Assembly (NCBI GenBank): GCA_951406725.2
Contig: OX597819.1
Span: 85,002,001-85,066,000 of the forward strand
DNA length: 64,000 bases
Source: Octopus vulgaris
Lineage: Eukaryota
Reading direction: 5' to 3'
Positions 13,138 through 25,928 of the stretch are shown here, piece after piece; the first letter of the stretch is position 1; each line of letters starts with the position of its first letter. The notes below the pieces were generated by a model. The model saw only the letters and a program-made list of their open reading frames with translations. It was not told the origin of the DNA and made no database searches. Both the position numbers and the translations under genes were made by a program.

Positions 13138-13947
13138 TACAGTTGATATAAATGAGCTTTTGAAGATGTAAATTGATAAGTCAATTAGACGTTGTATAAA
13201 TGTGTTACGGAAAATGTACACACATTTTTAGTGTTTTAGAAAGTCAGTTGAATAATGTGTTGCTGAGAATATTTGTGCTGTTAGAAATATTTTGTTTGTT
13301 AAATCGTATGTGAAGTGGTCAGATCAGTGACAGCAAAGAAAAAATCTGAATACTTTTTTTAAAAACTAGTAGAAGATATTCTACGAGGACACATTCTCGT
13401 TCAGCTTAAAGTACTTTCTATTGTGTTATGGCTGAAACAAAATACTGAGGGCTAGCCAAACGAGAGAGAATGTGAGAGCTTAGCTATAACTACTAGTATG
13501 AGAAAAGAGGGGCATCTTGTTCGGTCTGGAACGAATCATGAATAATGAATGGTTAATAAATTTTTACTTGCTTGATATGGTCAAAACCAGGCTTTACAGA
13601 CTAGTTTCTGATTGGCTAAAATTTTTGATTGGGCAAAATAACTCCTGTGACGACAATGAATCTAAAATGATCACGTGTTTTTGTTGAACTATCCAAAAAT
13701 GGTTCAAGACTAGTATTTGAATAAAATATCGCATATGACAATGGGGGAAATTAAAATACTGTTTGCGTGAGAACACATTAACTTTCTTGATTACTAAGGA
13801 AACAGCAACTGATGATATAAAACATCAGCTAGCGAAAACGAAATGGAGATTTAAAAAAAAATACTTGGTAGAAACATAAAATTACTTAGTAGAAACATAC
13901 TTGCACCATCAAAGGCGATATCTGCATGATGTGTAAGTTCTCTCTTA

Positions 13948-14328
13948 GCACTCCGTCGGTTACGACGATGAGGGTTCCGGTTGATCCGAATCAACGGAAC
14001 AGCCTGCTCGTGAAATTAACGTGTAAGTGGCTGAGCACTCCACAGACACGTGCACCCTTAACGTAGTTCTCGGGGATATTCAGCGTGACACAGAGAGTGA
14101 CAAGGCCGGCCCCTTGAAATACAGGTACAACAGAAACAGGAAGTAAGAGTGAGAGAAAGTTGTGGTGAAAGAGTACAGCAGGGATCACCACCATCCCCTG
14201 CCAGAGCCTCGTGGAGCTTTTAGGTGTTTTCGCTCAATAAACACTCACAACGCCCGGTCTGGGAATCGAAACCGCGATCCTATGACCGCGAGTCCGCTGC
14301 CCTAACCACTGGGCCATTGCGCCTCCAC
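13948..14328 (-). mobile_element. tRNA-derived SINE family C
   Basis: Minus-strand head ggaggcgcaatggcccagtggttaggg...ggtttcgattccc. The body is shared with 24610-24930 and 47905-48170, and the head is related to 19270-19500 and 29885-30235. Confidence 0.8.
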
Positions 14329-14436
14329 TGATGTATAAGTATGCAACCAAACGACCATGCTATGTGCATTAGCTGCAAGTGAGGTCTGCATGTGAGTCGT
14401 ATAAGATATTCTTTCATACAAGTCTGTAGAAAATGA

Positions 14437-15369
14437 GGATCTTTTCCTTTTGAACGGCACATGTCAACATAATTTCTAGTTAACTAAACACTTTAAAACT
14501 TCGTATACTGGTAGAATGTGTCAAAATAAAACATTTTTTTCTCTTGGCTTTCTTGAGAAAATTGTAATTCGTTTGTTTAACGTAGTTTAATTTTTCGAAT
14601 TTTAACCAATGAATCGCCTCTAGTGAGCTCAAATCATTTGCTGCGTCTAAAACTGAGACAACATCCTGTCACTAACCCTAAACCTCACCCTTACCCTAAC
14701 CCTAAATTTTTTTTTCTTAATTGTTAAATTAATTTAATTGTTACGCGTGTAAGAAAAACGAAAGGCTAAAACGAAAGCAATGGAAAATAATTTAAACAAC
14801 AAACAAAATAATTCTATAATTTTATACATAATTCTATAATTTTATTAAAATACTGTTTGCGTGAGAACACATTAACTTTCTTGATTACTAAGGAAACAGC
14901 AACTGATGATATAAAACATCAGCTAGCGAAAACGAAATGGAGATTTAAAAAAAGATACTTGGTAGAAACATAAAATTACTTAGTAGAAAATTATAGAATT
15001 ATTTTGTTTCTTAATTGTTTAAATTATTTTCCATTGCTTTCGTTTTTATTTCTTAATTATTATCCTTAAATTAATTTAACAATTAAGGAAAAAGAAACGA
15101 AAGGCAAAAATTTAGGGTTAGAGTGAGGGTGAAGGTGAGGGTGTTGTCTCAGTTTTAGACGCAGCAAATGATTTTAGCTCAATTAGAAGCGATTCATTGG
15201 TTAAAATTCAAAAAATTAAACTACGTTAAACAAACGAATTACAATTTTCTCAAGAAAGCCAAGAGAAAAAAATATTTTATTTTGACACATTCTACCAGTA
15301 TACGAAGTTTTAAAGTGTTTAGTTAACTAGAAATTGTGTTGACATGTGCCTTTCAAAAGGAAAAGATCC
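14437..15369. mobile_element. Long-TIR MITE (GG termini, 8-bp TSD; Merlin- or hAT-like), nearly fully palindromic
   Basis: Starts ggatcttttccttttgaacggcac and ends gtgcctttcaaaaggaaaagatcc. Inverted arms are ~380 bp. Perfect TSD gaaaatga at 14429-14436 and 15370-15377. Internal taaccc/ttaggg-like repeats. Confidence 0.9.
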
Positions 15370-15460
15370 GAAAATGAACATGGTGTGAGTTTTCACATAA
15401 GTGGGGTCTGCAATTTAAAGGTCAAACGAACAATGATAGTTCTTAGCATTTTGCAAATAT

Positions 15461-15631
15461 AGGCGCAGGCGTGGTTGTGTGGTAAGAAGCTTGCCTGTCA
15501 ATCACATGGTTCTGTGGTGTTCAATCCCACAGCGTGGCACCTTGGGCAAGTGTCTTCTTCAATAACCTCGGGCCGACCAAAACCTTGCGAGTGAATTTGA
15601 TAGACGGAAACTGAAAGAAACCCGTTGTATA

Positions 15632-15681
<50 letters not shown>

Positions 15682-15900
15682 AGTGAGTGTGTGTGCGGTG
15701 TGTGCGTGCGCGCGCCTTTGTGTCTGTTTGTCTGTTTGTCCCCCACCACCGCTTGACAACTGGTGTTGGTGTATTTAAGTCCCTGTAACTTAGAGGTTCG
15801 ACAAAAAGACTGATAGAATAAGTATTAGGTTTAAAATAAGTCCTGGGTCGATTTGTTCGACTAAAACGCAATCAAGTGATTGAAAAAGGTAAAATGTAAA
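15461..15900 (+). mobile_element. SINE family A
   Basis: Same head, central domain and 3' part as 5352-5765. Confidence 0.8.
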
Positions 15901-16333
15901 AGATGTCTACATGGTTTTCTTTAATACAACCATGTTCTCTAAAGGAAGGTTGATTTGTGGTTGAAACTGCTGTGAAAATTGCAGACTAGACTGCAAAAAA
16001 TCTGTTGCTGTTCAGTCGTATAACTACTTTTTTTTTGTTTGTATTCTGTCAGTTTTGATATTATGTGCATACATGTGTACGTTTGTAAAGTCAACACTGA
16101 ATATGCTATAGATTCACTCGAGAGAAAAAGAAAATAATAAAACTACATGATTAAAATTGTTAATATGTGGAAATGATTAATTACGAGGAAAAAAATATGA
16201 CTTGTCTTTCTAGGAAGAATTAATGGAACAGAAAAACTGTTCGTGTTATCTGTTTTCATAAACCAATAATTACTTCCGTAATTCTACAATTCTTAATGTT
16301 TTTGTTCTTGAATTCTGTACAAGGATAGAAATA

Positions 16334-16483
16334 CATCATTTACATTATTTACAATTGACGAATATTTGTCCTCATCTTGCTTGTTATTAACACGTTTCGG
16401 CTGATATACCCACCAGCCTTCATCAGGTGTATTGGGGAAATTTCGAACCTGGGTTCTCATTCCTTTGGTATTTTTCGATGTTG

Positions 16484-16540
<57 letters not shown>

Positions 16541-16612
16541 TCACTGCCTGGAATCGAACTCGGAATCTTGGGGTTAGTAGCCCGCGCTCTTAACCACTAC
16601 GCCATATGCCAG
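16334..16612 (-). mobile_element. tRNA-headed SINE carrying a hammerhead-like motif
   Basis: Minus-strand head ggcatatggcgtagtggttaag...gagttcgattcc (A and B boxes), then (AAT)n, then acac CTGATGA a ggctg..cagcc GAAA cgtgtt. Flanked by the direct repeat ggatagaaata (16323-16333 and 16613-16623). Confidence 0.75.
16389..16431 (-). ncRNA. Type I hammerhead ribozyme motif (stem III and cleavage triplet apparently eroded)
   Basis: Intact CTGATGA and GAAA boxes, 5-bp stem II GGCTG/CAGCC and stem I ACAC/GTGT. There are too few bases between GAAA and the stem I 3' strand. Confidence 0.6.
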
Positions 16613-16704
16613 GGATAGAAATATTACATTTGTGGGTTTTTTTTTTTGTGTTCGAGTTACAGTGTGTAAGAGATAATGGTGGAATTGTGTTCCTATTGAC
16701 TTTT

Positions 16705-16903
16705 TTTTCTTTTACTTGTATCAGTCATTGAACTGCGGCCATGCAGGGGGGCGCCTCCACCATGAAGAGTTTTAGTCTCACAAATCGACCCCAGAACAAA
16801 TTTTTAAGTTTGGTATTCATTCTGTCGGTCTCTTTTAAAGATGTAAGCAAACCAATACTGGTTGTCAAGTGGTCGGATGGATGGACGCGGACACTCATTC
16901 ACT

Positions 16904-16934
<31 letters not shown>

Positions 16935-17310
16935 ACACACGATGGAGTTCCTCACACTTTCCGTCGACAAAATTTCCTCTGAAGGCATTGGTCGTCTGGG
17001 CCAGTGGTTTTCAACCAGGGTTCCGCCAGTACATTGCAGGGGTTCCGCAAGAAGTTACAAAACTGCTAAAATCGGCACTAATTTTTAAGTCTCCTGTGCA
17101 GATATGTGTGCATAAGACTATTAAATTATTGCACAGGGGTTCCTCGAGCCAGTGGAATGTTTCCTTGGGGTTCCGCTCCAGCAAAAAGTTTGAAAAGCAC
17201 TGGTCTGGGCTATAGTGGAAGACATTTGTCCAAGGTGCTCCGGAATGGGACTGAACCGGAAATGATGTGGTTGCAAAGCGAGTTTCTTAATTACACAACC
17301 ATGCTTGCCT
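16705..17310 (-). mobile_element. SINE family A, interrupted by a hAT MITE
   Basis: Reverse complement of family A, split at gtctgggc. Confidence 0.75.
17002..17202. mobile_element. hAT-type MITE
   Basis: TIRs cagtggttttcaa / ttgaaaagcactg, with a perfect 8-bp TSD gtctgggc (16994-17001 and 17203-17210). Confidence 0.9.
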
Positions 17311-17947
17311 ATGGCCAACGTACGTTCCATATAATTGTTGATCGTTGTATCACAAAATGGCTGCTGGTTACGTTTGTGAAGTAACGGAAGCAAAAAGTTG
17401 GTTTTAAAGTGTGCAAAAAAAAAAAAAATGACAGCAAGCTAAATCGACAAACTAAAAGAAAACAGCTTTAACCCTTTTGACACTAAAAAAAAAGAAAAAA
17501 AAAAAACTGGGGCAGTTGCTGTTCAGTGGTGATAACATTGGAAATTTCATTGCTGTTATTGTAATCAAAGTTTGCCCAAATGCGCAAACTTAGGTACACA
17601 TGTACTCGTTACGTTGTTTCAAATGAGAAGTATTTAGTTAGAAAGCGTGAGTTTTGTTCGAAAGTTTTTGGTTCATTATTTGAAGAAATTTGCTTTTATT
17701 TTCTAATTAGTAGTAATAATGGATTTCAACATCTTGTTGTTAGAATAATGCTGTAATAATTGAGCAGCGCATACTTAGAGAATTACAGAATGAAATAGGA
17801 CAGCGTTCAGGCAAGGAAAATTTCAGATCCTAATTTGTCTCACCGATCAAGGTAAAGTTTAAATAAATGAGCTTGTGATGATGTACTTCGATAAGTTAAT
17901 TAGACGTTGTAGAAACGTGTTATGGAAAAGGTACACACACACACACA

Positions 17948-17980
<33 letters not shown>

Positions 17981-19019
17981 TTAGGTGTTAGAAGGTTAAT
18001 TGAATATGTGTGTAGTAAACATTCGTGTTGATGAAGATATTTTGTGATGTTAAAGTAAATATGTTTGTGCATGTGTGTGTGTGTGTGTGTGTGTGTGTTT
18101 GTGCAGTGAGATAACTGACAGTAGCAAGGAAATAACATAAAGAACGTGTGATTTTAAAATTGGTAGAAGTTATGTCGGGAAAATGGTTTCTCGTTCAGTT
18201 TAAAGCAGACATGGACGACCTTTTTCGAGAAGCGGGTTGCATGAGATATGGTCCATTACCAGATGGGTCGCAGTAAAAATTCAAGGTAATTTGCCATTAA
18301 GCATGTTATTCACTGCGGAGCACGGTTTGTCTATGACAATCGTGATACCTCGCATTGATCGAAATCATTAAAATAACATTAGTCATGGATTTGATTGTTT
18401 TTCTTCTTCCTACATCTATTTATATTTAGCTTTTTAACGATCCCTGTTTTAGTCATACTAACACTAACTCAAGTATTGCTTCTCATCTCGGTTTGAAATA
18501 AAATAGTTTTCTAAACTGATCTTGTCGCCGTCCACACTCACTTTTTCATTACCAACTGTATGTAACCTCAGTATGACTGAATACATGTCATTATTGAATA
18601 GCTAATAGCATTGGCTAATTGTGAACGCTTTATATTTCCTCACCAAACTGTAAATAGGTGACACGAAGAGGAAATGCCAATCACTGTAACGATCAAGAGA
18701 ATGACACTTTAACTGATGAGTATTTAATCTGGTGCTGCTATGACAACGTTCTCTCATGCTCATGAACTTTTGAGAAGCAGTTGGATATATTGTAGACTGG
18801 AAAATAGAACTATGTTTACGACGACCACATCATTAAAGGGGGTTAAATTCCTGTGTAACTATTTCAACTTAACTGCAGTTGGAAAGGACATATGCATCGC
18901 ATCTTTAATTTTCTTTCTCCTATATATGTTAGGTTTCTTTCCATCAACAAGAAAGAAACTTTAGTATAGCTTCGCTAATAAATACTGTTACATGGAATTA
19001 GAAATAGAGCCTCTCTGCA

Positions 19020-19205
19020 GTCCTTCGAGCAGTTAGATATAGTAATTGAATCTCCCTCAAATAATATCCTATCTACTTAAATAAAGAATGATAGATTGGA
19101 ATATATGCTCCTATACGTACAAAAAGACTGGATGGTTATGGCTGCAAAGCCTCGATCTTAGGTGTGATAGATCAAGGCTTATCTGAGTTTTAAACAACAA
19201 CAACG
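19020..19205 (+). repeat. Dispersed ~200-bp repeat ending in (CAA)n/(CAG)n (retroposed 3'-end family E)
   Basis: Shared layout tagaaatagcagccaaatctccctcaaatcac...gggatggt-atggctg...tgatcataggt...ggggctaaacaacaac. Other decayed copies lie at about 1030-1370, 20140-20335, 24975-25130, 46040-46110(-), 51100-51345 and 61520-61700. Confidence 0.6.
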
Positions 19206-19590
19206 GCAACAATGCTGTTAAATATTCCACGCTATGTCTGAAACAAGATAGACCTGTCATCAGCACTAGGTGGAGACACGTGGCTTAATGGCTAGGGTAT
19301 TGGTCTCATGATCGTAAGATTGTAGTTTCCGTTCCTGGACGAGGCGATGCATTGTGTTCTTGAGCAAAACACGCCATTTCACGTTTCTCCAGTCAACTCA
19401 GATGGCAAAAATGAGTGATTCTGCGACGAGCCGGCGTCCCGTCCAAGTGGGGAATTTATATGCCATGGAAACCAGGAAACCAGCCCTTTATGAGTTAGCA
19501 TGACTCGACAAGGTAACTTCTTTACCTTTTCTTTTTTTACCTAATCATCAGCTCTATGAAATATCCGACCCAACGAAAGAGTCTCTACGT

Positions 19591-20134
19591 CAGTGTTTCT
19601 TAACTGGGGTCCATACGATACCTGGGAGGTCCATGTAAGATTTTGAGGAGCTCACGCACGCAAAATAGTAAATTTGGGATTTACAGTAGTATTTTAAGCG
19701 TTCAATGAAAATATTTTGCTTTAGATGTATTTGTTGCAAGAAGCAGCTAAGTTTCTTTCTCTAATGTTTTACATAGTTTAACCTGTTTCCGGCCACCGAT
19801 TCAAAAAAAGTTTCTATAAAACTATTTTTATAAACTAAAATTTAATTGCCAATGTAATATGGCTGCCCCGGAAGGGACGTTGTTACTGTTTATTAGGCCC
19901 AAGAAACATCGTTTCTAGCTGGCTATACGACACATTATCTGTATCCTTATATTTTCGAACCAGTAATTCAGCGTCCCCGCCCAGCACAAAACAACATCTG
20001 TGAACTAGTTTCAGGGTTATTGCTCTTCATTAACACAGAGTAGCTGCTTAAACATCGGATGGCTATGGGATTACACCAAAGTTAAATAGTAATCGAAGGG
20101 ATCATGGATAAAAAAAATGGGATGAAATCTACTG
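19591..20134. mobile_element. hAT-type MITE interrupted by a hammerhead-bearing insert (about 19840-20090)
   Basis: Starts cagtgtttcttaactgggg and ends atgggatgaaatctactg. The body is the reverse complement of 21333-21663. Confidence 0.65.
19997..20039 (-). ncRNA. Decayed minimal type I hammerhead ribozyme
   Basis: Minus strand: tctgtg TTAATGA agag-caataa-ccct GAAA ctag TT cacaga. Perfect 6-bp stem I, palindromic stem III (CTAG), and two transitions in the CUGANGA box. Confidence 0.65.
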
Positions 20135-21332
20135 ATCGACGGGGTCGTTCGACCTGTAAGGACTAGCAGCTAAATCTCCCTTAAATCACACTCTACTGTC
20201 TTAAAACTGAAAGGACATGAAAGGGTAATGTAGTCCCTGATATACAAAATACTGGGATAATGATCTCTGTAGTACCTCTGAATATAGGCCTGCTTGACCA
20301 GAGATGAGCTGGGGCTAAGCAGCAGCAGCAGTAGCAGCGGACATGTAGAGTATGTAAATTAGATTGTAATGTATAAGCAAAGGGTTAAATCCTATTTTTC
20401 TTTATTTACAAAATCGCATGACTGTTGTCTTTTTGAATTATACATTTGTATGATTGGTATTCTGGAATTCAGAATCTATAAAATATATTTTCTTTCTTTC
20501 TTTCTTTCTTTGTCAATAAGCAACTTATGAGGTAGGTGATTTAGAGCTGCTGTCTAGTTTTGAAATACGTGTGCTTTTATAAATGCGAAATGTTTATTTT
20601 GTTGTATAAATAGGCATTCCATGTGTAGTGTATAAATATATTTTATTTGCATTATTTGCATTTGTAATTAGATTTTTATCCTCAATAAAATGAATAAATT
20701 AAAAGCCCAACAAAATAGCATTTCATATTTTCAGAACGTGAAAATTACAATACTGATATGCATTATTGAATACAAATGAAGTCCTTTATTTTGTAAACTG
20801 AAACATCTGTTAACAAGGTATTCATGCTCTTTATGTAATTAATATATAAGTACATTCATATAGCATTGAATCTTTAGAATGTTTTTAAAAGTGCTTTTTA
20901 TATGCCATGTTTTTAAAACTCTAGATTACTTTTACCAGATTCTGAATTTCTGATGTTCAAAGTACATAAATTCAATGAGCAAATTTTTTTAACGACATAA
21001 CAAAAATGTTTTCAAGGGTAAGGTTAAAAATAATCTGCGCTTAAACGAATAAGTGATGACAGCTCTTATTCAATCAAACGAGAACGTGCTATTTCACCGA
21101 TCCAGTACAGCTGGAACTATACATGATCTTTACTTTAAATACAAGATGGAAAGCAGTTTAGTTGTGATCTGTAATCTTAACTAATTATAAGACGCTTTCA
21201 TGATTTCGTTTGTCTTCTTGCAAAATTAGCTATTTGAGGGATCAGATGTTAAGGCCGTACCATTGCAATATAAATGTCATGTGATGACATTTTTTGTAGT
21301 TCCATGAAGGTGTTTTCCTTTGTTGTTTAGTG

Positions 21333-21663
21333 CTGTGGTTCTCATCCATTATTTTACCCCTGGGCTCCTTTGATTACTGTTTTACCCTGGTGGACCACCA
21401 TGACCATCCGATGTTTAAAAGCTAGTTTTATAGAAACTTCTTACAAATTTCTTAATCGATGGCCAGAAACATGTTAAACTACATGAAACATTAGAGAAAG
21501 AAACCTAACTGTTTCTTGCGATAAATTCATCTAAAGCAAAATTTTTTCATAGACGTTTTAAATTGATGCTGTGGATCCGCAATTTATTATTTTCCTTGCG
21601 CGTACTTCTAAAAATCTTATCTGAATCCCCAGGAGTCATACGGACTCCGGTTGAGGACCACTG
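21333..21663. mobile_element. hAT-type MITE
   Basis: TIRs ctgtggttctca / tgaggaccactg, with degenerate 8-bp flanks gtttagtg / ttgtagtg. Confidence 0.65.
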
Positions 21664-23689
21664 TTGTAGTGTAGTGTATGTTCAGTTTTTTTTGTGCTTT
21701 ATAGGTTTCTATTTTACTTCGGTTATCTTGTTTGTTGTGTATTTTGCTGAGCATTGCCGAGACGTCGCGAAGAAGATAACACCATGTAGGTTTGCGTAGT
21801 CTCACAGACACAGGTTCTGCTAAACCAGGGCTAAAAACTCTTGATTAAAAAGAAACCCCAAAGTTTTCTTACTACTACCATCATCGTTCTCATCATCACA
21901 ACTACAGCAACGTCTACAAATCAAGTAGAGCAATGTGCGAAATTTCTTTTAATCTGTTTTAACTATCATGGCCATCACTACTGAAACACTGTCCTCATAC
22001 ACTAAGAATTTGGTATTCTTTTATTCTTTTATTACTTTCAGTAATTAGTCTGTGACCATGCTGTGACATCACCTTAAAGGTTCTGAGTCGATCACACTGA
22101 TCCTACAACTCATTTCTGGTACTTCTTTTATCGATCTCTTTCAAATGACTAAGTTTTACCTTTTCAGTGTACGCACCGGCAAACACAAACGTACACAGTC
22201 ACAACTGTCTTGAGTATGACATTGAAATCCATCTGGTAGTAGGCTTGTTTCAGAAGTTCCAGGGATTTGAAGATTGCTACAATTGTTTCCACGTCTACTC
22301 TGACCCGGAGTAGAAGCACCTGCCAAGGTCCCAGCTGTGGGGTAATTGGCATGTCAGGGAATAGCCTCCACAAGATGGTCACTCACAGACATCCATAACA
22401 GACCAAGGGCAGATGAGGGTCTTCAGCTCTTTAGTTGGTCATCTAAGAGAAGGTAACTCCATACAAATCAGGCATTCTGATAACTTACTGGGCTCGTGGC
22501 ACTTGTTGCACCAGACCAATACAAGGGCAAGAGCGTGGACCTAGCTCTGCACAAACTATTCCCACTATAGTCATATTCATCATGCAGTTGTTCAAAAACC
22601 AAGACGCCAGCACCAGCACCAAGACCACTATACTTTCTTAATTAAGAGTACTGTGCAGCCGTGTCTTGCTGAGTCCTCATTCATCATAGCGACCAGAGTC
22701 CAGGAAAAGCAAGTGCAGGACATAGAAATACATCTTCGACGGGCGTCCGTGCAACTTCATTTAGAAAGATATTCAGTAAACTCGAGTTTGCAGAAGAGGA
22801 CAACTTACTCGATATGTGAACAGGGGTCCGAACTCGGAATCATTTGGTTACCATGGTAACTTCTCAAATATATGTTTGTACAAATAACTTTGTTGGTGGT
22901 TATTTTTTCTGGCTTTCGAAGTACTATGACAGTACTTCTAACAGTGACTAGAAGAGGGATGAGCCAACGAGGGAGCCGAGCAATGAAGGATGCTCTGTGT
23001 AGCTGTTTGACCTCCTAGAATTAGCATTTAACTCTTCCTCAAACTACTTATTTTATCTCCCTCTTCCTCAAACTATTTACTCTCTTTTTCTCTTAGATAC
23101 AGGGGTCTTAGAGAGAGAGAAAGAGAAAGAGAGAAGGGAGAGGGGGAGAGAGAGAGGGAGAGAGAGAGAGGGAGAGAGAGAGAGAATACCAGAGAGACTA
23201 ACAGAGAGACTAACAAAAATTATGGAAAAAATATTTTGCAATTTAAGCTTGGTACTTTTTCATATTTTTAATTTGAGAATATTTACATAATTCACATCAG
23301 TCTAAAATAATTAATCATGCACATGACAACATAATTAACCTTGCTCTGAAGTAATACAGAGGTTAAACTCACATATTAAAGGAAGTATGCGCATGCTTGT
23401 CAATGAATGGGAATTCTGTCTTTTTATTTTTCACCCACTTCAGTTTAGCAATCTTTCGTCAAATTGTAAACAATCTAGAAATAGTCGTTTTTAACCCGAA
23501 GTGAAATGATGGAAGTAAATATTCGAAAGTGATTATTACAGTTAAGCAACAAAACAATTTTATATACGTGACAACAAGAAAATCTCTACCTGGTCGTTCA
23601 GGCTAGAAATACAACAAAATCTCCTTAAAATCACATCTTACTGCCATATAAAAGGAAGAATACGTTGAACAAATGTTGTCGCAGGTATA

Positions 23690-24080
23690 TGGCGTGACTG
23701 TGTGGTAAGAAGCTTGCTTTCCAACCACATGGCTTCGGGTTCAGTCCCATAGCATGAGACCTTGGGCAAGTGTCTTCTACTATAGCCTCGGGCCGACCAA
23801 AGCTTTGTGAGTGGACTTGGTTGAAGGAAACTGAAAGAAGCCTTTAGCATATATGTACATATACGTGTATACATATATCTATGTGTGTGTGTTTGTTCTT
23901 CCACCACCGCTTGACAACCGGTGTTGGTGTGTTTACGTTCCTGTAACTTAGCGAAAGAGACGGATAGAATAAGTAGTAGGCTTTTAAAAAATAAGTCCTG
24001 GGGTCGATTTGTTCGACTAAAACCCTCCAAGGCGGTGCTCCAGCATGGCTGCAGTCAAATGACTGAAACAAGTAAGAAAA
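23690..24080 (+). mobile_element. SINE family A
   Basis: Family A head, central domain and 3' end. Confidence 0.8.
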
Positions 24081-24609
24081 TAAAATATAAAAGATACCGC
24101 AAGTAGACATGTTACCGGACTTTGGTGCTTTGGGGTGCTTCAGAATATTCTGGGTGGGCATTAATTTGTAATAAAGCCAAAGAGGAGTTTCAAGATAGGT
24201 GTATCACTGTAAGTCTGAGGGTGTACCACTGAGTAAAGATGGGGAAGTGCCGCCCAGTGCACCCCCTTAGCGGCGGGCATAACTGCAAACAACAAAACAA
24301 TTTTATTTACGTGACAAGAAGAAAGCTTCAATATGGTCATTCCCTACAGAAAGGAATACTACCAAATCTCTTTAGCCCTTTGCTTGTCCAAAGCATTTTC
24401 ATAAGTTTGTCCTAAATGCCTATGCTTGTTTTTCCGAGTTTTAGTTAGCCCTTGTCTCATACGCTCTGAGTAATACAAGGCTTTGCTTTCATAAGTCCCA
24501 AGTTACTCTAATGGTCAAGAAAAATTGAGAATGTGTATCATCTATGATGCCTGAATGTCACAGAAATATGTCCTGTGTATAACTTGTGATATACAGGACA
24601 GTACAGCAC

Positions 24610-24930
24610 TGGCACTCCGTCGATTGCGACGACGAGGGTTCCAGTCGACCCGATCAATGGAACAGCCTTCTCATGAAATTAACGTGCAAGTGGTTGAGTA
24701 TTCCCCACATACGCGTACCCATAACGTAGTTCTCAGGCAGATTCAGTGTGACACAGAATGTGACAAGGTTGGCCCCTTTGAAAAACAGGTACAACTCATT
24801 TTTGCCAGCTGAGTGGACTGGAGCAATGTGAAATAAAGTGTTTTGCTCAAGGACACAATGCGCAGCCGGTAATTGAACTCACGACCTTAGGATCGTGAGT
24901 CGAATACCCCTAATCACTGATCCACGCGTG
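24610..24930 (-). mobile_element. SINE family C
   Basis: Homologous to 13948-14328. Confidence 0.75.
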
Positions 24931-25344
24931 TATAATAATCATTTCTTATTATTATACACAGGACAGGCAAAGGGTAAAAAATCATATCTTACCGTCATTA
25001 AAAAGGCAGGTTACATTGAATAAAGATTGATCAGTCGTAGATATACTACCTGGTAAAAGACGGGATGGCCATAGAGGGAATGTCTTTGATTATTAGGCTT
25101 CTTGGAACAGGGTTGATCTACGGTAAAACAACTTTTAGTGAAGAAGTGTTTTCATGTACAGAATTATTTAAATATAACAATTCAGATGAAAGCAATGATT
25201 TTTAAAAAAATAATATTCTAGCGAAACGTTCAGTACATAAAAATTTAGAATTTTCACATTGCATTTTTAATTAAGTTTTATCTTTAACTTGTTTCAGTCA
25301 ATGGACTTTGTCCATTCTGGGGCAGCATATTGAAGGGTTTAACC

Positions 25345-25660
25345 CAGTGGTTTCCAAAGTGGGCGGTATTACACCCACCCACCTAGGGGTGTTGGAAAGT
25401 TCAAAAGGAACATTGAAGAAAAATGGGGTGATAATGGGGTAGAGATTTATGTAATATGTAGGGCGATAATGGGGTAGAGATTCATGAAAAAACAACAAAA
25501 TAATGAGTTCATTAAGTTAAGTTTTATTTCTATAATACAGTTGCTTTGAATTTGCTTCAGAAAAAGGTCTATGTTTGGATTAGTTAGTTGGGTGGGGGCG
25601 CTAGGAAAGTGGCCTGTGTGTCGAGGGGGGCGACAACCCGAAAAAGTTTGGGAAACACTC
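25345..25660. mobile_element. hAT-type MITE inserted in a minus-strand family A SINE (about 25275-26400)
   Basis: TIRs cagtggtttccaaa / tttgggaaacactc, with degenerate TSD gtttaacc / gtttagtc. Confidence 0.7.
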
Positions 25661-25810
25661 GTTTAGTCGAACAAATCAACCCCAGTACTTGTTTCTTTAA
25701 AGCCTGTCTTATTTCTTTTGGTCCCTTTTTGCCGAACCGTTGACTTACGTGGACGTAAATAAGCCAACACTGGTTGTCCAGCATGGTGGAGGGCATACAC
25801 AAACATAAAG

Positions 25811-25841
<31 letters not shown>

Positions 25842-25892
25842 AATCCATTTATTGATCCATATATATATATATATTTATGTATGTATGTATAA

Positions 25893-25928
<36 letters not shown>

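Noticed and set aside
13805-13845. Hammerhead at ctgatgat...gcgaaa (also in the copy at about 14900)
   Set aside because: ctgatg pairs with the downstream catcag as a simple hairpin, and there is no stem I or stem III.
16540-16610. tRNA gene
   Set aside because: A and B boxes are present, but there is no proper acceptor stem, and it runs into (AAT)n and a repeat body with a flanking direct repeat. It is a SINE head.
22290-22700. RTE-like 5' UTR fragments (also about 12790-12900)
   Set aside because: The resemblance is only from general appearance, with no translatable motif or second copy in the window to support a call.
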